From NCBI RefSeq assembly GCF_009914755.1, contig NC_060933.1: a stretch of 64,000 nt of DNA; one strand, given 5' to 3'. The number at the start of each line of letters is the position of its first letter. Within the stretch, counting starts at the first letter, position 1. The position numbers and the translations under genes were made by a program. Of this stretch, positions 49,814-64,000 are shown piece after piece. The notes beneath the pieces were generated by a model, which made no database searches, was not told where the DNA came from, and saw nothing but the letters and a program-made list of their open reading frames with translations. The DNA is from the human T2T-CHM13v2.0 reference genome, Homo sapiens.

Positions 49814-51221
49814 ATATTATGTTTTTTAATTAAAACACAAATACCTTTTAGAAAAGCTAAATGGATCCCTACAAAAAGAAGTCTTATTTAAGGGTCTCGT
49901 GCTCTACTGACTGAGTTAGCTGGACACTAAAAGATGTCTCATTTAAAATCACTAACTATATCCAAAGGTATAATCTAAACTCACATGTATAAAAACAGTA
50001 TATAATAAACTGTAACTAAGTATTTTAATAAACTAATTATTTGACATTCTCCTTAGTCTAAGTACTATTACATGAAAAGGTAATACTATATTCAATAAGT
50101 ATTCACCTATTTTTCTTACTGCTTACCTACAGAAACTACCACCATACTAACATATTCCTGCATATTCACAGTTTTGGGGGTAAAACATCATGTTAATCAT
50201 GTTGGTACACAGTCCCTGAAAAAGTGCTATTTTGACAGTATAATACATATAAATATGAAAAAAGTTAAAAAGTACTTTAACACTGACAGAAGCTCTAACA
50301 TGAACTATTATATATGCTATTATTTTCTCTTGATACTCTTACCAATTTTTACTTAAGACTAGGAGAAAAGGAACGCGTTTGTACTTTAAAGGCATCCCAC
50401 ACTGAATACATTGAATAGTATATCCAACATTTCCATTATATTTCTAAATTAGCATTTAAATAGAAAGCATGAAGGCAAACTACAACAATAACAATAATGA
50501 TAACATTTCAAGTTTCTCTGTCTTCCAGCTTTGTAGCGGGGGAAAAACTGGGTGACAGGTCACATTCCTGGTAAGGTAGTTCACTATCACCGGGGAAGAA
50601 AATCTAACAATATACATTTAAGAGACAATGTGCTACCATTTTCATTTACAAAGAATGAACCGTGGACTAGAAATTAACCACTGGTTGAGTATCTGAATTT
50701 GACTGTTTTCAATAAATTGATATTAAGCCAACAAACTGATGATATTTTAACAGATCCATATATGCTCTCAGAAAGATGGGTTCTCAAACAATTCACAGCA
50801 CAATCTAAACCACAAAGTAATGGCATGTTTATTTGGCATAAGAGGGGCATAAAAAGTTCCAAGTAAGTGAAATTAAGACGGGAAATATTTGAAAAGCAGG
50901 GACAGTATCCTACTTACTTTTATTTTTTCATATTCTCTCACAACGCCTAACTCTGACAGAAAAGGCCCACTTTAAGTGTTCCACTACATAAGCACATTTC
51001 TCATGTAACTGAGGTTTCTTCCTTAGATACAAAAGGTTATTTAAAAATTGATTAAAATGTTCCTAAAGTATAAGTCTTTCAGATTTTCTGACAATATAAT
51101 GAATATAATCTAACTTGATGACTTGGGTCATCATTATGAACGAGTTATTTTGTTAGTTTTAAACTCCTAAGACCTGCTTTTACTTATTTTTTTCAATTGC
51201 TTTTTAAAAAAATTATTCATT

Positions 51222-51520
51222 AGCCGGGCATGGGGGCTTATGCTTACAGTCGCAGCATTTTGGGAGGCAGAGGAAGGTAAATCACTTAAGCCAAAGAGTT
51301 CGAGACTAGTCTGGGAAACATGGCAAAACCCTGTCTCTACAAAATATCCAAAGATTAGCCGGCCATGGTAGTGTGCACCTGTAGTCCCAGCTACTGGGGA
51401 GGCTGAGGTGGGAGGACTGCTTGAGCCTGGAGGTGGAGTTTGCAGTGAGCCAAAATCACACTACTGCACTCTTGCCTGGGTGACAGAGTGAGACCCTGTC
51501 TCAAAAACAAATAAATGAAT
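51222..51520 (+). mobile_element. Alu (AluJ-like)
   Basis: Diverged dimer. Confidence 0.88.
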
Positions 51521-52095
51521 AATTTATCAGTGTTTCATGCTGTCAGTAAATCTGCCTTAAACATCTCCTGTCCTAATTAAAAGCAGCTGCTACTACTTAT
51601 TAGAATTACATCTTAAAGAACTGGTTTCCCATAAGGTCTTTCTATTTTAAAGTAGTGGAACATCCACATGTGTACTTTGTGCTCTCTATTTAGGCTCCTT
51701 TGTGCTCTCTGCTGGATTCTGGGTTAATTTTCCTTCAATATATGATGTATAATTTTTTTCTTTTTCTACAGAGTCTAGTAAGATGCTAAGAAAGTTTTAT
51801 TAATATTCAGTCCACTGAGTTTTGACATAATTTCCCAACTCACAAAAGGCACTGAATTAAAGTCTTTCCAAAGATTTTTATATCTTCTATAATACAAAAA
51901 CTAAGAATGATGTAAAGCTCATTTTTTTACCTTAACCTTCATAGATTTAAATTCAATTTTCCAGAACCATGGAAGGTAGTAATCAAACTGTTAAACAGAA
52001 GACAATACAAATTTATTGGGACTTTGAAAAATGTTTGACATTTAAATTACTTATATTTGAATAAGGGTATGTGATACGTGATTGAAAAAGGTTTA

Positions 52096-52714
<619 letters not shown>

Positions 52715-53338
52715 CTAGAAAGCTCTTGACTACAGAAGGATCTGTACTTAGGTCAACTCCTCTGAAACTCAACTCTGTGCTGGGATAAATGGAATATACA
52801 GCATTAACTCCCTGCCTGATGTAAAACCAATGTACAATCTTTCTTTGGAAGAGAGAGGTTTTCAAACATTGTTTTCATGCAACTTTCCCTGATGGGATTC
52901 AAACCATCAAGCCAAACTGCAGTAAGTAGAAACAGTGAGCACTGTAAACCAAAGTTAAAATCTAGTTCTTAGTTGTGCAGAGTAGAATATGAATGAAGAT
53001 AATGCATTCTCAAATAATTCAGTGACTACAGTCAACTGAAGCTTTGTTTGCCTTACCAGTCATATATATCTGGTTCACATTTCCTATCATCTAGGTCCCC
53101 TTTTTCATTATTATTCTGAACATGTCAGTTAACATTTGATTCTCCATAAAATTCATGTTATTTGCCCTTCTACCCTACTCCCAAACAACATATTAATATA
53201 AACATGTAATTAAGGGAAGTGAGCAAATGTCTATGGTGTCTGGTGACTTATGAATAAACAGCTTGAAAATAAAAGATTAAATATTTTATAAAAGGACAGG
53301 GGCTAGCCCAACCAACCCTAATTAAAAATAAAAATTTT

Positions 53339-53628
53339 AGCACTTTGGGAGGCTAAGGCAGGAGGATCAATTGAGCCCAGGAGTTTGAGACCAGCCTGGG
53401 TAACACAGCAAGACCTTATCTCTTCCAAAAGATACAAAAATTAGCCAGGTGTGGTGGTTTGAGCCTTTAGTCCCAGCTTCTCTCAAGGCTGAGGTGGGAG
53501 AATCACTTAAGCCCAGAAGGTCAAGGCTGCAGTGAGCTAGCTATGATCGTGCCATTGCACTCCAGCCTGGGTGACAGAGCAAGGAGCCCCTATCTTAAAA
53601 ATAATAAAAATAAATTAAAATAAATAAA
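53339..53628 (+). mobile_element. 5'-truncated Alu (AluJ-like)
   Basis: Starts at agcactttgggagg; aggtcaaggctgcagtgagc. Confidence 0.88.
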
Positions 53629-54866
53629 TATTTTAACCCACAGGTTGAGGATAAAATCTTACTCTGTAAGTGAATTCCTTGACTATAGGAACTTAGTTTT
53701 AATCTCTGGATTCCTACCAAGTTCCTGGTACTATACACAGCACATAGAAGACATTCAGAAAATAGTTACCTAATAAATAAGGCTAGAATCTGTAACTAAG
53801 CAGGTAAAAAGCACATTTTATCTGTTGTGCAACATTTCCAAAAGGTCATTTTAATTTTTAAAAGACAGTGTAACTATTTAAAGGTAGATTGATTTTCTCC
53901 CACAGCTGAGATAGTTTTCAGTTTTGTTAACCATTAACGAGTTTACCAGAAGATCTAGAATAAAAAATATATCGTACACATGATGTGACTGTTAAAACCC
54001 TAAATAAAACTAATTTTAAGAATAATTTAGAGATTATTACAACCAAAGCCATGAAGTAAAGTAATTAGGGCTTACTGAGAACTCTGAATATACTTAAATC
54101 TCCTTATACTGTAGTACAACAGATTTTGTATTCTAAACAGCTGGCTATAAAATAATATTAAAAATATTGACTTGATACCTTACTGAGAAAATGGGACATG
54201 AAATGGAGAGAAGAGGGAAAATTCCATTATCCTTCAATAGAATAGAATAAAATTTATTTTTTACAGGTGTTAGAAAATAAGATTAATGCACAATAATTTC
54301 TTTGCCTCATATCAGTATTCATATAGTGAAAGCCGTTATTAATGTTATAAAACCACTTATTACACGTAGTTTTATAACATAATTAAAACACTACTATTAC
54401 ATGTGTAATAAGTGGTTTTATAACATTATATGTAGTTTTATAACATTATTTTATAACATTACTTGTCAATATTTTTCCATTTACTTATGTTATCATTCCT
54501 TACAATATCTTCAGTTAAGAACATATCACATCATATTTCTAAAACTGAATAAAGAAAATACATATATAACCATATTGTTTGTAACTTATTTCCTATACTA
54601 AGGGAAGCTAAGGTCAAGAATCTTTCTTAATCATCGATGGAATCACGAAAGGTAAAGGTTAACACAGACATTCACAAGTTCCATCAAGTACAAGTCTTAA
54701 TTAGAAGTATATTATGTAATAGAATTCTCTCTATGATGGGATCTGGTATTATGATTTCAGTGATTTCTACCTAACTTTCAAAACATCAACTTGTTTTCTC
54801 TCCAAGTAAGTTGGCAGCAGTGGACAGAATGAAAGAATAAGGCCCTTAGCAAATACAGGCTTTTAC

Positions 54867-55078
54867 CAGGGTTTTACAACCTCAGCACAACTGACATTTG
54901 GGACAAGACAGTTCTTTGTTGTGGAGAAATGTCTGTGCACTGTAGGATCATTACAGTGTAGGATGTTCAGCAGCAACATTGGTTTCAATCCATTAAATGC
55001 CAGTGCCACTTCTTCAACTATGACAATCAATGTGTCCTAGGGAAGGGGAGCAAAATCATTCCTGATTGATAACCACTG
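54867..55078. mobile_element. MER20-like hAT relic
   Basis: caacctcagcacaactgacatttgg...tgtgcactgtaggatg...gattgataaccactg. Confidence 0.8.
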
Positions 55079-55331
55079 GCTCATACAGAACTCTGTGACC
55101 AAAAAACTGGGGGAGTTAGCATCTCTGATCTAAGCTTCTGACTTCTCTAATATTCAGTCTAGCTAATGTACACCCTTTGGTTAGGTAAGAGAAGTATTAT
55201 TATTGTATTCTGAATTTACCTTATTTTAAGAACATAATAAAGATTAATTTTATCCATTACTTGAAATTTCTTTCTTTTTAACATATCTTTTTACATACTG
55301 TAATCATTATGTACATATTATTTTGTATGTC

Positions 55332-55640
55332 TTTTTGTTTTGAGATAGTCTTGCTCTGTCGCCCAGGCTGGAGTGCACTGGTACAATCTTGAGCACAGTG
55401 GTGCGATCTTGGCTCACTGCAGCCTCTGCCTCCCTAGTTCAAGCAATTCTCCTGCCTCAGCCTCCCGAGTAGCTGGGATTACAGGCACGCGCCACTACAG
55501 CCTGGCTAATTTTTGTATTTTTTGTAGAGACAGGGTTTCACCGTGTTAGCCAGGCTGGTCTCGAACTCCCAACCTTGTGATCCGCCCACCTTGGCCTCCC
55601 AAAGTGCTGGGATTACAGGCGTGAGCCACCGCGCCTGGCC
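55332..55640 (-). mobile_element. Alu (AluS-like)
   Basis: Antisense dimer with a small internal duplication near 55377-55400. Confidence 0.92.
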
Positions 55641-57548
55641 TATTGTGTATGTTCTTAAAACTTAACATTTCACAAATATTTCCGTATTGTAAAAATGATC
55701 TACCAATTTTGCTAGCTATATAACAGTGTGTTAATATTGTTTGGTTAGTCACCTCGCTACTGCTGGACATATGGATTTTTTCCAAATTTCCACTACGAGG
55801 GGTGGTCTGCTAAATACACCATTGTGTACATTACTTTTGGGGGTAGGGAGGACAAATGGGGAGAAAAGTTAAATTCCAAATATCATCACAGGATCAAAGC
55901 AAACAGGCGGTTGTGCTCAATATGTATAGCTTTCCTTACATATTGATTATAAAATTTAGAAATAAATAAAATCTTAGATCTTACTCAATGTTGAGGGGCT
56001 TATCTGATAAAAGATGTATTAGAAAAGATGTGGTCTTACATTTAAAATTTAATTATCAATATTTATAAGACTTTCATTTATCATCACATAACCCAGAAGA
56101 GGTTTTTTTCCTTATAAATAACATAGTTATTGCAAAATTTTCACTTTTCCTCATACCCAATCTGTACAAGGGTCTTTCCTTAATTGAAAAAGACTGAAAC
56201 TTCTTTGAAAATCAGAACTATGATACAGAACATAAAGGGCATTAAACAAATATGAGGGAAAAGGGGATTATATGAAAAACTTAGAAATATAAGTTTGGCG
56301 AAATCTTCCAATTTTTATTATTTAGAAAGCAATACTATCTAACAAATTTCAAGTACAATAAGATCAGGTAAAGTTATCAATATCTTAGCTCTATCTTTCA
56401 GGAAAACTAATAAATTTTCTACATTAAAACAGGTATTTTTTAAATAAGCAAAATGCAAATTTTATCTGCTAACTAAAACCACAAAAATAAAAACAAAATG
56501 TTCTGATTTCTTCTTTAGATCATGAAAGAATGCTATCATGTAAATAATGATGAGAAAGCAAAAACTAAAGGGCTTTGTCAAACTACATATTTATCTCAAC
56601 CAGAGGTCTCACTTTTAACAAATACCTGGTAGATAAAAATTAAGTTCAGTACCACAGGATCTAAACGATGATGAGGACTTTTTTGACTAAACCCCTAAAT
56701 GGAGTGATGGGATCAAGTGAACTGCGTATAAATTTCAGAAAATTAAAAGCATTTTTCTCTTCACATTAACCATAAACAAAATTAGTTGCTTTGCAAGAAT
56801 GAGTAAACAATCTAAATTTTAAAACACTAAGTCTTCCAGTACAATGAGTAGTTCAATGACACAACCTCTAAAAGGTTAAAAAGACTTTGTTATGTAAACA
56901 TAAAGCTGCTCTAAAAAATAAAGTTTACTAATTAAAAACAAAAAAACTTTTAAAATGGAATGTTTACCTGAGTGAAAAAATGGGACCATTCTTCCCTGCT
57001 GCTTTTCTACTTTGGTAGGAAATACTATCTGGAAAGTCCCTGCAGAGAAGCCTCCTGATGCAGCTAGGTGTTTGTATTATATGAATCCATGTTAAATCCT
57101 CTATCACACGTGTAATTTCTATCTTTAGTAATGACACTTATAATTTATAAAAAGAAATATTTTATAAATATATTTCCAAAATATTATAATGGAATATATC
57201 TTGTTACTGGAGCCATTATCATAGATAATGAATGTTGATAATAAAAGAATTGTTTTGACTCCAGATACTTAGTTTTGACAGTGAAATACTCTTATGAAGA
57301 TCAGTATTAATACTTCATTTGTCTGACAATAGTGAAGGAAGGCTTCCTATATATAACAATATAACAATATTGTTATTCATAACGATGACCCTCAAGTCAT
57401 AAAGAAAAGGTTAAATTGTGTTTAGTACAAGGAGTCAGGGAAGTTTTTCCATTAAAGTTGTTTTAGTATCAAAGGTTTACATTTCAGTTATCTAGAAATT
57501 CAGTTAAGTGGAACACCTTACTCCCAAATGATGCTAAACTGGCAGTAA

Positions 57549-57612
57549 ACATACATAACATATAACATAACGTAACATAACATAACGTAACATACATTTC
57601 ATAACATAAACA
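57549..57612. repeat. (ATAAC)n-type pentanucleotide repeat
   Basis: acataacatataacataacgtaacataacataacgtaac. Confidence 0.85.
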
Positions 57613-57977
57613 TTCAATAAAGTTAATTCCTAGAATATCTATCACAATCAATATTAGCTTTTGTAAAAAATAAGGAACAATAGATGCAAACTTTTATTGT
57701 CTATTTGCTTTTTGCTATGTGGCTGTTTCATTGGTTAAGATAGTCTGTTCATGTAAACAATCTTTTAAACAGTTTAAATTAAGGAGAAAGAGCTCTTATG
57801 TTTAGTAATCTCAGTAAGATTATCCCTGCTAAGTACAGTTCCAAGAATTTCTACTTTTTGAAGGGTGGAAAACATATTTTAAAACTAATATGCAAACATC
57901 AGGGGGCATGGACAAGTTAAAAGTTTAGAGATACAAATCAAATCAACTAAACCCTAGGGTAATCTAAAATTTTCTGA

Positions 57978-58324
<347 letters not shown>

Positions 58325-60018
58325 GTGGTTTATGTTTTCTTTTATTCTTCTTCTACACAGTACCAATGGAAATGAGGTGAATGGCTTTACAGAAGCCTCT
58401 AGAATGCTTGCAGAAGTCTTTTTCTCCTATAATATATACCATAAGTACATAATTCAACTATGTTTAAAACTATGCATTAAAAAATGCTCTAATTTATAAT
58501 ATGGGAATAAATAAAAGTTATGTTTAACTGTAGCATAAAAAATTGGCAACTTTATTTAACAGAATTGTTTAGAACGAAATATGGACACCTCCCTAAAAAC
58601 AACCTCTGCAAAAAACAGTAACACTCTGATATTTTAAAAAGACTATTCCTTCCCATTAAGGAACAGAATTAGTCCTTTCTGAGCATAAAACATAAAAAAA
58701 AAAAAAAACCCTCTGGCTACAGAGTAAATGACATTTACATAACATAAATATTTGAGGAATATATCACAGCAGTAAATTTTAATGAAACAGATGGTCTTCC
58801 ACATCAAGAGACTGCCTATACACCTAAAGTGTATACGTATAAAAATATAAGAATCTAAACCATTTTTAATGAAAATATTTCCAAAATATGCACTTTTCCA
58901 CATTCTCAAGTTAATTATTGAACATAATGTTTTCTTGCTAATTGATGACTATCATCATGAGCATTTATTCTCTTAAATTACCATGATACTCTCAGGGTTA
59001 TCTGTCACACATGAGACTTCTGAAATGCTTAAGGCTGTTTCACCCTAGTACTAAGTAACTTCAGAAGGCTGTACTTTTATGGTACTGCAATCTCCTCCTT
59101 TCAGAGTGCTACCAACATGTCTTTCCTAACAACATATAAAATGACTAACACAAATCTGCCGATATCAAACTTGCTGAATCACTAACCATATTTTATACAT
59201 ATTTATATTAACAGGTTCTGAGCATAGATCTAAAAGTGGCTTCATGATATTCCTAAGGCGCAAAACGAAAGGTTTAAAAAAAACGATTTTCTTCAGGTTT
59301 AAAGCCTTTCCCATTTATTTACTGGTATGTAATTGTGTTTAAAATCTGTGCATAGCCCAACTATAAATGCTAGTTAAATAGGTGTTATTGATTTAATAAA
59401 TAGCACAATTGAGTGTTTTACCAAGTATCAGGTGAATAAATATATGCCCTTAAACTCTAGTCTCTCAAGAACAATAAAAATATTAGAAAATGAAAGTAAA
59501 GATTAATTATAATTTAGACGATATAGTGAAAGTTAAAAAAAAACTTTCAGCAGATAAAGGTTCTTTAAAAAGTCATATTGTTAAGTATGTGTCAAAATTA
59601 TCCGGGGCAGTATTAAACAATTTACATCTGTTTTTATGTTACACTGAATTAAAATTTTATGTTACTAAGCAATAAACTTCCATTAAAAGCATATAATTAT
59701 TAAGAATATTTGCAAGGCAAACATTACCCAAAAAACTACCAGTCAGAAAACAACCAGCCAGTATACTGGGAAATATCTAAAACTATACCTGATACAAACC
59801 AGGCAAACAAAATTAATTTAACAGCCCCTGGCACGATTTCTGTCTATTAAAAATGAAAACTAGACCACACAGGAGAAATAAAAGAAACAATGTTTCTATC
59901 TTTCATGGTAAATTTTCATGTAATCCAGGAAAACAAGATTTCAAAAAGGCTTTAGGAAAAAGCAGGAATAAATTTTAATGCTGACAATAATAGATAGAAC
60001 TTTTGGATCAACACCTAC

Positions 60019-60108
60019 CGATTTTTTTCTACTGTTTTCCAGATCTTTGAGTTCATTCTCGATTTTTGTGATTAATTCCCTGAGTTCATCAAGATTAGTG
60101 CAAATAAG
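60019..60108 (-). CDS. BRD10: KIAA2026/BRD10 internal coding exon: LICTNLDELRELITKIENELKDLENSRKKS
   Basis: Minus-strand acceptor ttttattttAG|CTT and donor TCG|GTAGGT, 90 nt, phase 0/0, coiled-coil-like. Joins in frame to the 44311 exon. Confidence 0.88.
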
Positions 60109-61934
60109 CTAAAATAAAACACAAAAACACAGCTTGATAACACATAATATAAAACACCCAAAATGTGGTAACAGAAGTTGTTTTAACACACACTGAATTC
60201 ACAATTATTTTTCTCTGTAATAGTAAAAAGCAAGAAAAGCTCTGCAGTTTATATTTTAAAATATATTTACTTGCTATGATGTATGAACTTCAGGCTTAGT
60301 ATAAAAGAAGCTGAAATTTCAACATTGGTGGTTTCATCCCACATCCCCACCTTTCAGTTTGCTTTATAATTCGGGTACTTTCTTAACATCATTAACTTTC
60401 AGCCCAGAATGACAAAGATCTGGAAACTCACCCTAGATTTCACAGGTTGTCAAATCACCTTTAAGAAATGCTTCATCAGGCAGTCTCCCAGTAGGTGAAT
60501 AAACACACTCTTGGAGAACTGTTATACCTTTGCCTTGGTTTGCTAACTATACAATTTAACAAACCTTAGTTATTGCTGTTGGGGTTGCTAAAAGGACTGC
60601 AACTATATGTAACACATTCAAAGACCTAAACAAAATGAAGTACACATTCTTAATATCAGTTTAGTAGTCTTTAATAAAACCATCTCCACAGATAGCATCT
60701 ATTTCCTTTCATAATTGTGTGGCTCATTTCATTTCACCTGGTAACATTGGCAAATGGCCAAAATAATTACTAATTACTAACAACTAAACTAGCTTGGTTT
60801 AATTACTAAAGTTTTAGTGAACTGTCAACAACAGTAACAAAAATATTAGTAACTACATCTTAGTTTTTGTAAAATTATACTGAATTTCTCCAATTCATTC
60901 AATATACTTTTTTCCTAAAATAATTTAAGCTATTTAAAAAAAATTACTGTGAAAAAGAACTAGATTTCTGAAACAAAACTACAACCGAATAGAGAGGAAA
61001 AATCTCAGATTAATGAAAAGTCTTATTGTAATGTTTATACCATGTGATAATTAAAAAAAAACTGTACTTATAAATTACTAATTCACCATTAGCTTTTATC
61101 AGCCCCAAGTTCGATACATTCATTAATTTCAGTGTCAGGGGACTGTTTTCCTAAAGGGCACTTTCTTCTGTTAGAAGAGCAAACAAAAACAATAAAAGCA
61201 AAAGTGGGTCACAACAAGATAATTCCTTGTGGCTACTGAGTGACAAAAATAAGACAGAGCCCCTTAAATTTCTTCTATTAGGTTAAACCATATGAAATTG
61301 CTGATATGCTTTTTATCCACAAAAATGGCAAGACAGTTCAACCTAAGAGATTAAGAAAAAATGATCACAGATAATTTTTATTAACAATTACATATTAGGA
61401 ATATCTATATAATTTCAAATTCATAGAATTGACCAAGTAGGGAAAATATGTATTTAAATAACCCAGATTAAACAATTTGAGAGTAGAAATAATACAATGA
61501 TGTAGTGGGACAGTGTAGCTGGTATTTATTAGAAACTACACATTCCAATTTGCCAAATTTACTTATGAAAGAAATGCTGATGGTCAAGCAGTGGACTGGC
61601 CAACCAGGTAAGTGGGTCTAGAACTAGAGAGCGTCTTCAACTTCTATTGTAACTATGAAGACTTGGAACAATTTTGTCCCTACCGTGGATTTTTATTAAG
61701 TATTCAGTGAGGACTAAACTTTTCATAGTATAATCTACTATTATGATGACGTTGTCAAATTTGCCCCAGAGCTTGCAGGTGGATGGCTATACCTCTTTCA
61801 CCGAACTTGGTGTACTTGTTAATATCAAATCATAGATTTCTTATTTGCACATATGGCAAACCACAGAGGAATTTTTACTTGCATCTCAGTTGTCTCACTA
61901 CACAAGGAATAGGGTATATTTTGCATGCAGTTTG

Positions 61935-62247
61935 TAGAAATTTACAGGAACCATGAAGACATATACCCCTAGAACTAAATGAAAACATATACTCCTACAA
62001 CTAAACATGCCCTAAAACATTTTGAGATCTTTTAATTACCAATTAGTTATGAAGTCAACAGATATTTATGTTCCATTTAAAGGAAGAGATAACACAGTTA
62101 TCTCTTCATAGAAACTTACAGGAACAATGAAGACATATACCTCTACAACTAAACATGCCCTAAAACATTTTGAGATCTCTTAATTATCAATTAGTTATGA
62201 AGTCAACAGATATTTATGTTCCATTTAAAGCAAGAGATAACACAGTT
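61935..62247. repeat. Tandem duplication: 61935-62099 (165 bp, including a 26-bp internal duplication) and 62109-62247 (139 bp)
   Basis: Manual alignment shows a few substitutions only. Confidence 0.93.
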
Positions 62248-62342
62248 CTGAAGCCAAACCACGAATGAAATCACACAGCTTAAGAGCTACATAAAATAAC
62301 ACTTTCAAGTGGCTGTATCTAGTTAGTAAACTGTACTAAATT

Positions 62343-62495
62343 AGTACTTTTCAAACTTTAATGTGCATAAGAATTGCATGGGGATCTTAATAAAACAGTT
62401 TTTTGTTTAGTAGGTCTGAGGTGAGACCTTGGATTCTGCATTTCTAACAAGTTTCCAGGTATTGCCTGCAAATAACATTTTTGAGTAGTAAGGTA
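62343..62495. mobile_element. MER5-like hAT relic
   Basis: tcaaactttaatgtgcataagaat...ttctgcatttctaacaagtttccaggt. Confidence 0.7.
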
Positions 62496-64000
62496 CTAAA
62501 TGACTATGAATTATAAATCAACATGGCTACTGGAACATTCTGGTACCATGGAGCTAATGAGTATGAAAATACAAGATTAATTTCCAAATAGGGAATGGCA
62601 TATTGAATTAAATGTACGATAAGACAATTGTTTCTTAAAATATTTTTAGCTATAATATTTATTCTGAGGTTATATTAAAATGACGTTAATAGCTACATAA
62701 CAATTTATACTTTATATATTAAAACTAATATATATTCCCTCTATATGTATATTTAATGTATACCTAATATATATACCCAATATATAGAGTCAAATTAACC
62801 TTTTATAAAACTGAATAGGAACACAATTAGTTTGACTTATGCCAACTCGATGTCATATACAACTCTACTACCTCTCTTCTGCCTCCGAAATAAGGCATAT
62901 ATGTGGCCATTACATTCAACTCAACTTCATATGATGTTTTTAAAAACAGAATCAACCCAATAAATAAAGTTCAACTTAAAAAAGGAGAACAAAGATTTTT
63001 TTTTAAAAAAGCAAAACACCTTATTAAAACCTCCTTCTCATTATCTTGCATTTGAAAAACGTATCTGAGGCACAGGGCCTGCAGGGGTGAACACGAAACT
63101 CCATAGCAGCTCAGATTACAGTCAGGTCACATTGCTAACACTTATGAGAGGAGGTTTTCAGTCAAGCCACAGAGGTTACAAGAAGAGTTTTATCTCCCAG
63201 CAAGAACCTCTCCAAGGCTGTCACACTCCCTCAAGTTAACCTTTAATTTAATATAATCCATGGCAGAGCTACAAAATCACAGATCTCAGAGCTGAAAGGG
63301 ACTAAAAATGTGTAATTTGTCCAAGCCTTAGCCTAGGCTAAAGAGACCTATCTCCAATTCATATAAAAGGTAATTAAACTAACAGAGGTAAAGTGACCTA
63401 AGATGACACACTGCTAGAGGAAACCACAGAACCCAGGACTTCTCCTACTATATTATATTCTTTTTAAAAGGGTCTTTATAACAACACAAAAATAAAGAAA
63501 TCTAACAACTGAACTTGTATTATAGTTTTAGGATTCAGTTTATATCTAAGCTTTCATTTTTATTAAATGGTAATATTAAAAGGTCCTCTCTTCAACTCAA
63601 CAAGCAGCAATGTATGTATGTGGTGGGAGTGGGGAGGCCCTGTAGAGATAAAAAAAAAAACTCCATGACCGTATCTCAGAACTACATAATAAATCATTCC
63701 TTACTTTACTGATACTTCAAACTAGAAATTATGTCCTTTGGATAGAAATTCAATAGGTCTAAAAGATATTTACTTGCTCCAAAAAAGGACATAAGGTAAC
63801 ATTAAAAAATACAAACAATATGGTAGATTATATTAAAAAGCAAAGCAAAAGGAAAACAATGTAGAAAAGTAAAAATGAATAGGTCCAGACAAAAGGGATC
63901 ACACATTCACTCCCGTTCTAATAAAAAGATCCTGTAATTTATTATAAAAATAATAAGTGAAATACTAAATGCATGGTATAAATTCAAAATTTATATTGTA

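Overview
Primate (human-like) genomic DNA, recognisable as the MLANA / KIAA2026 (BRD10) locus. It holds the complete five-exon MLANA (MART-1/Melan-A) gene on + (exon 1 ~6059, CDS 7625..23860, 118 aa). Converging on it from - are the last four coding exons of KIAA2026/BRD10, including a 3.6-kb terminal coding exon. The rest is intron or intergenic DNA rich in Alu, L1, L2, MIR, LTR and DNA-transposon relics. Three observations are not explained by ordinary annotation. (1) The MLANA promoter holds a 205-bp, 203/205-identical inverted duplication. It copies the right end of a full-length Hsmar1 mariner, giving two near-consensus SETMAR-type TIRs, and brackets a 411-bp spacer with an E-box. (2) A BRD10 intron contains two candidate poison exons whose sequences are complementary over 42 nt with A-C mismatches, a possible structure- or editing-controlled unproductive-splicing switch. 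(3) A heavily decayed cTAGE/MIA2-like retrocopy lies between the two genes. All calls are by eye without tools: repeat boundaries are approximate and subfamily names tentative.
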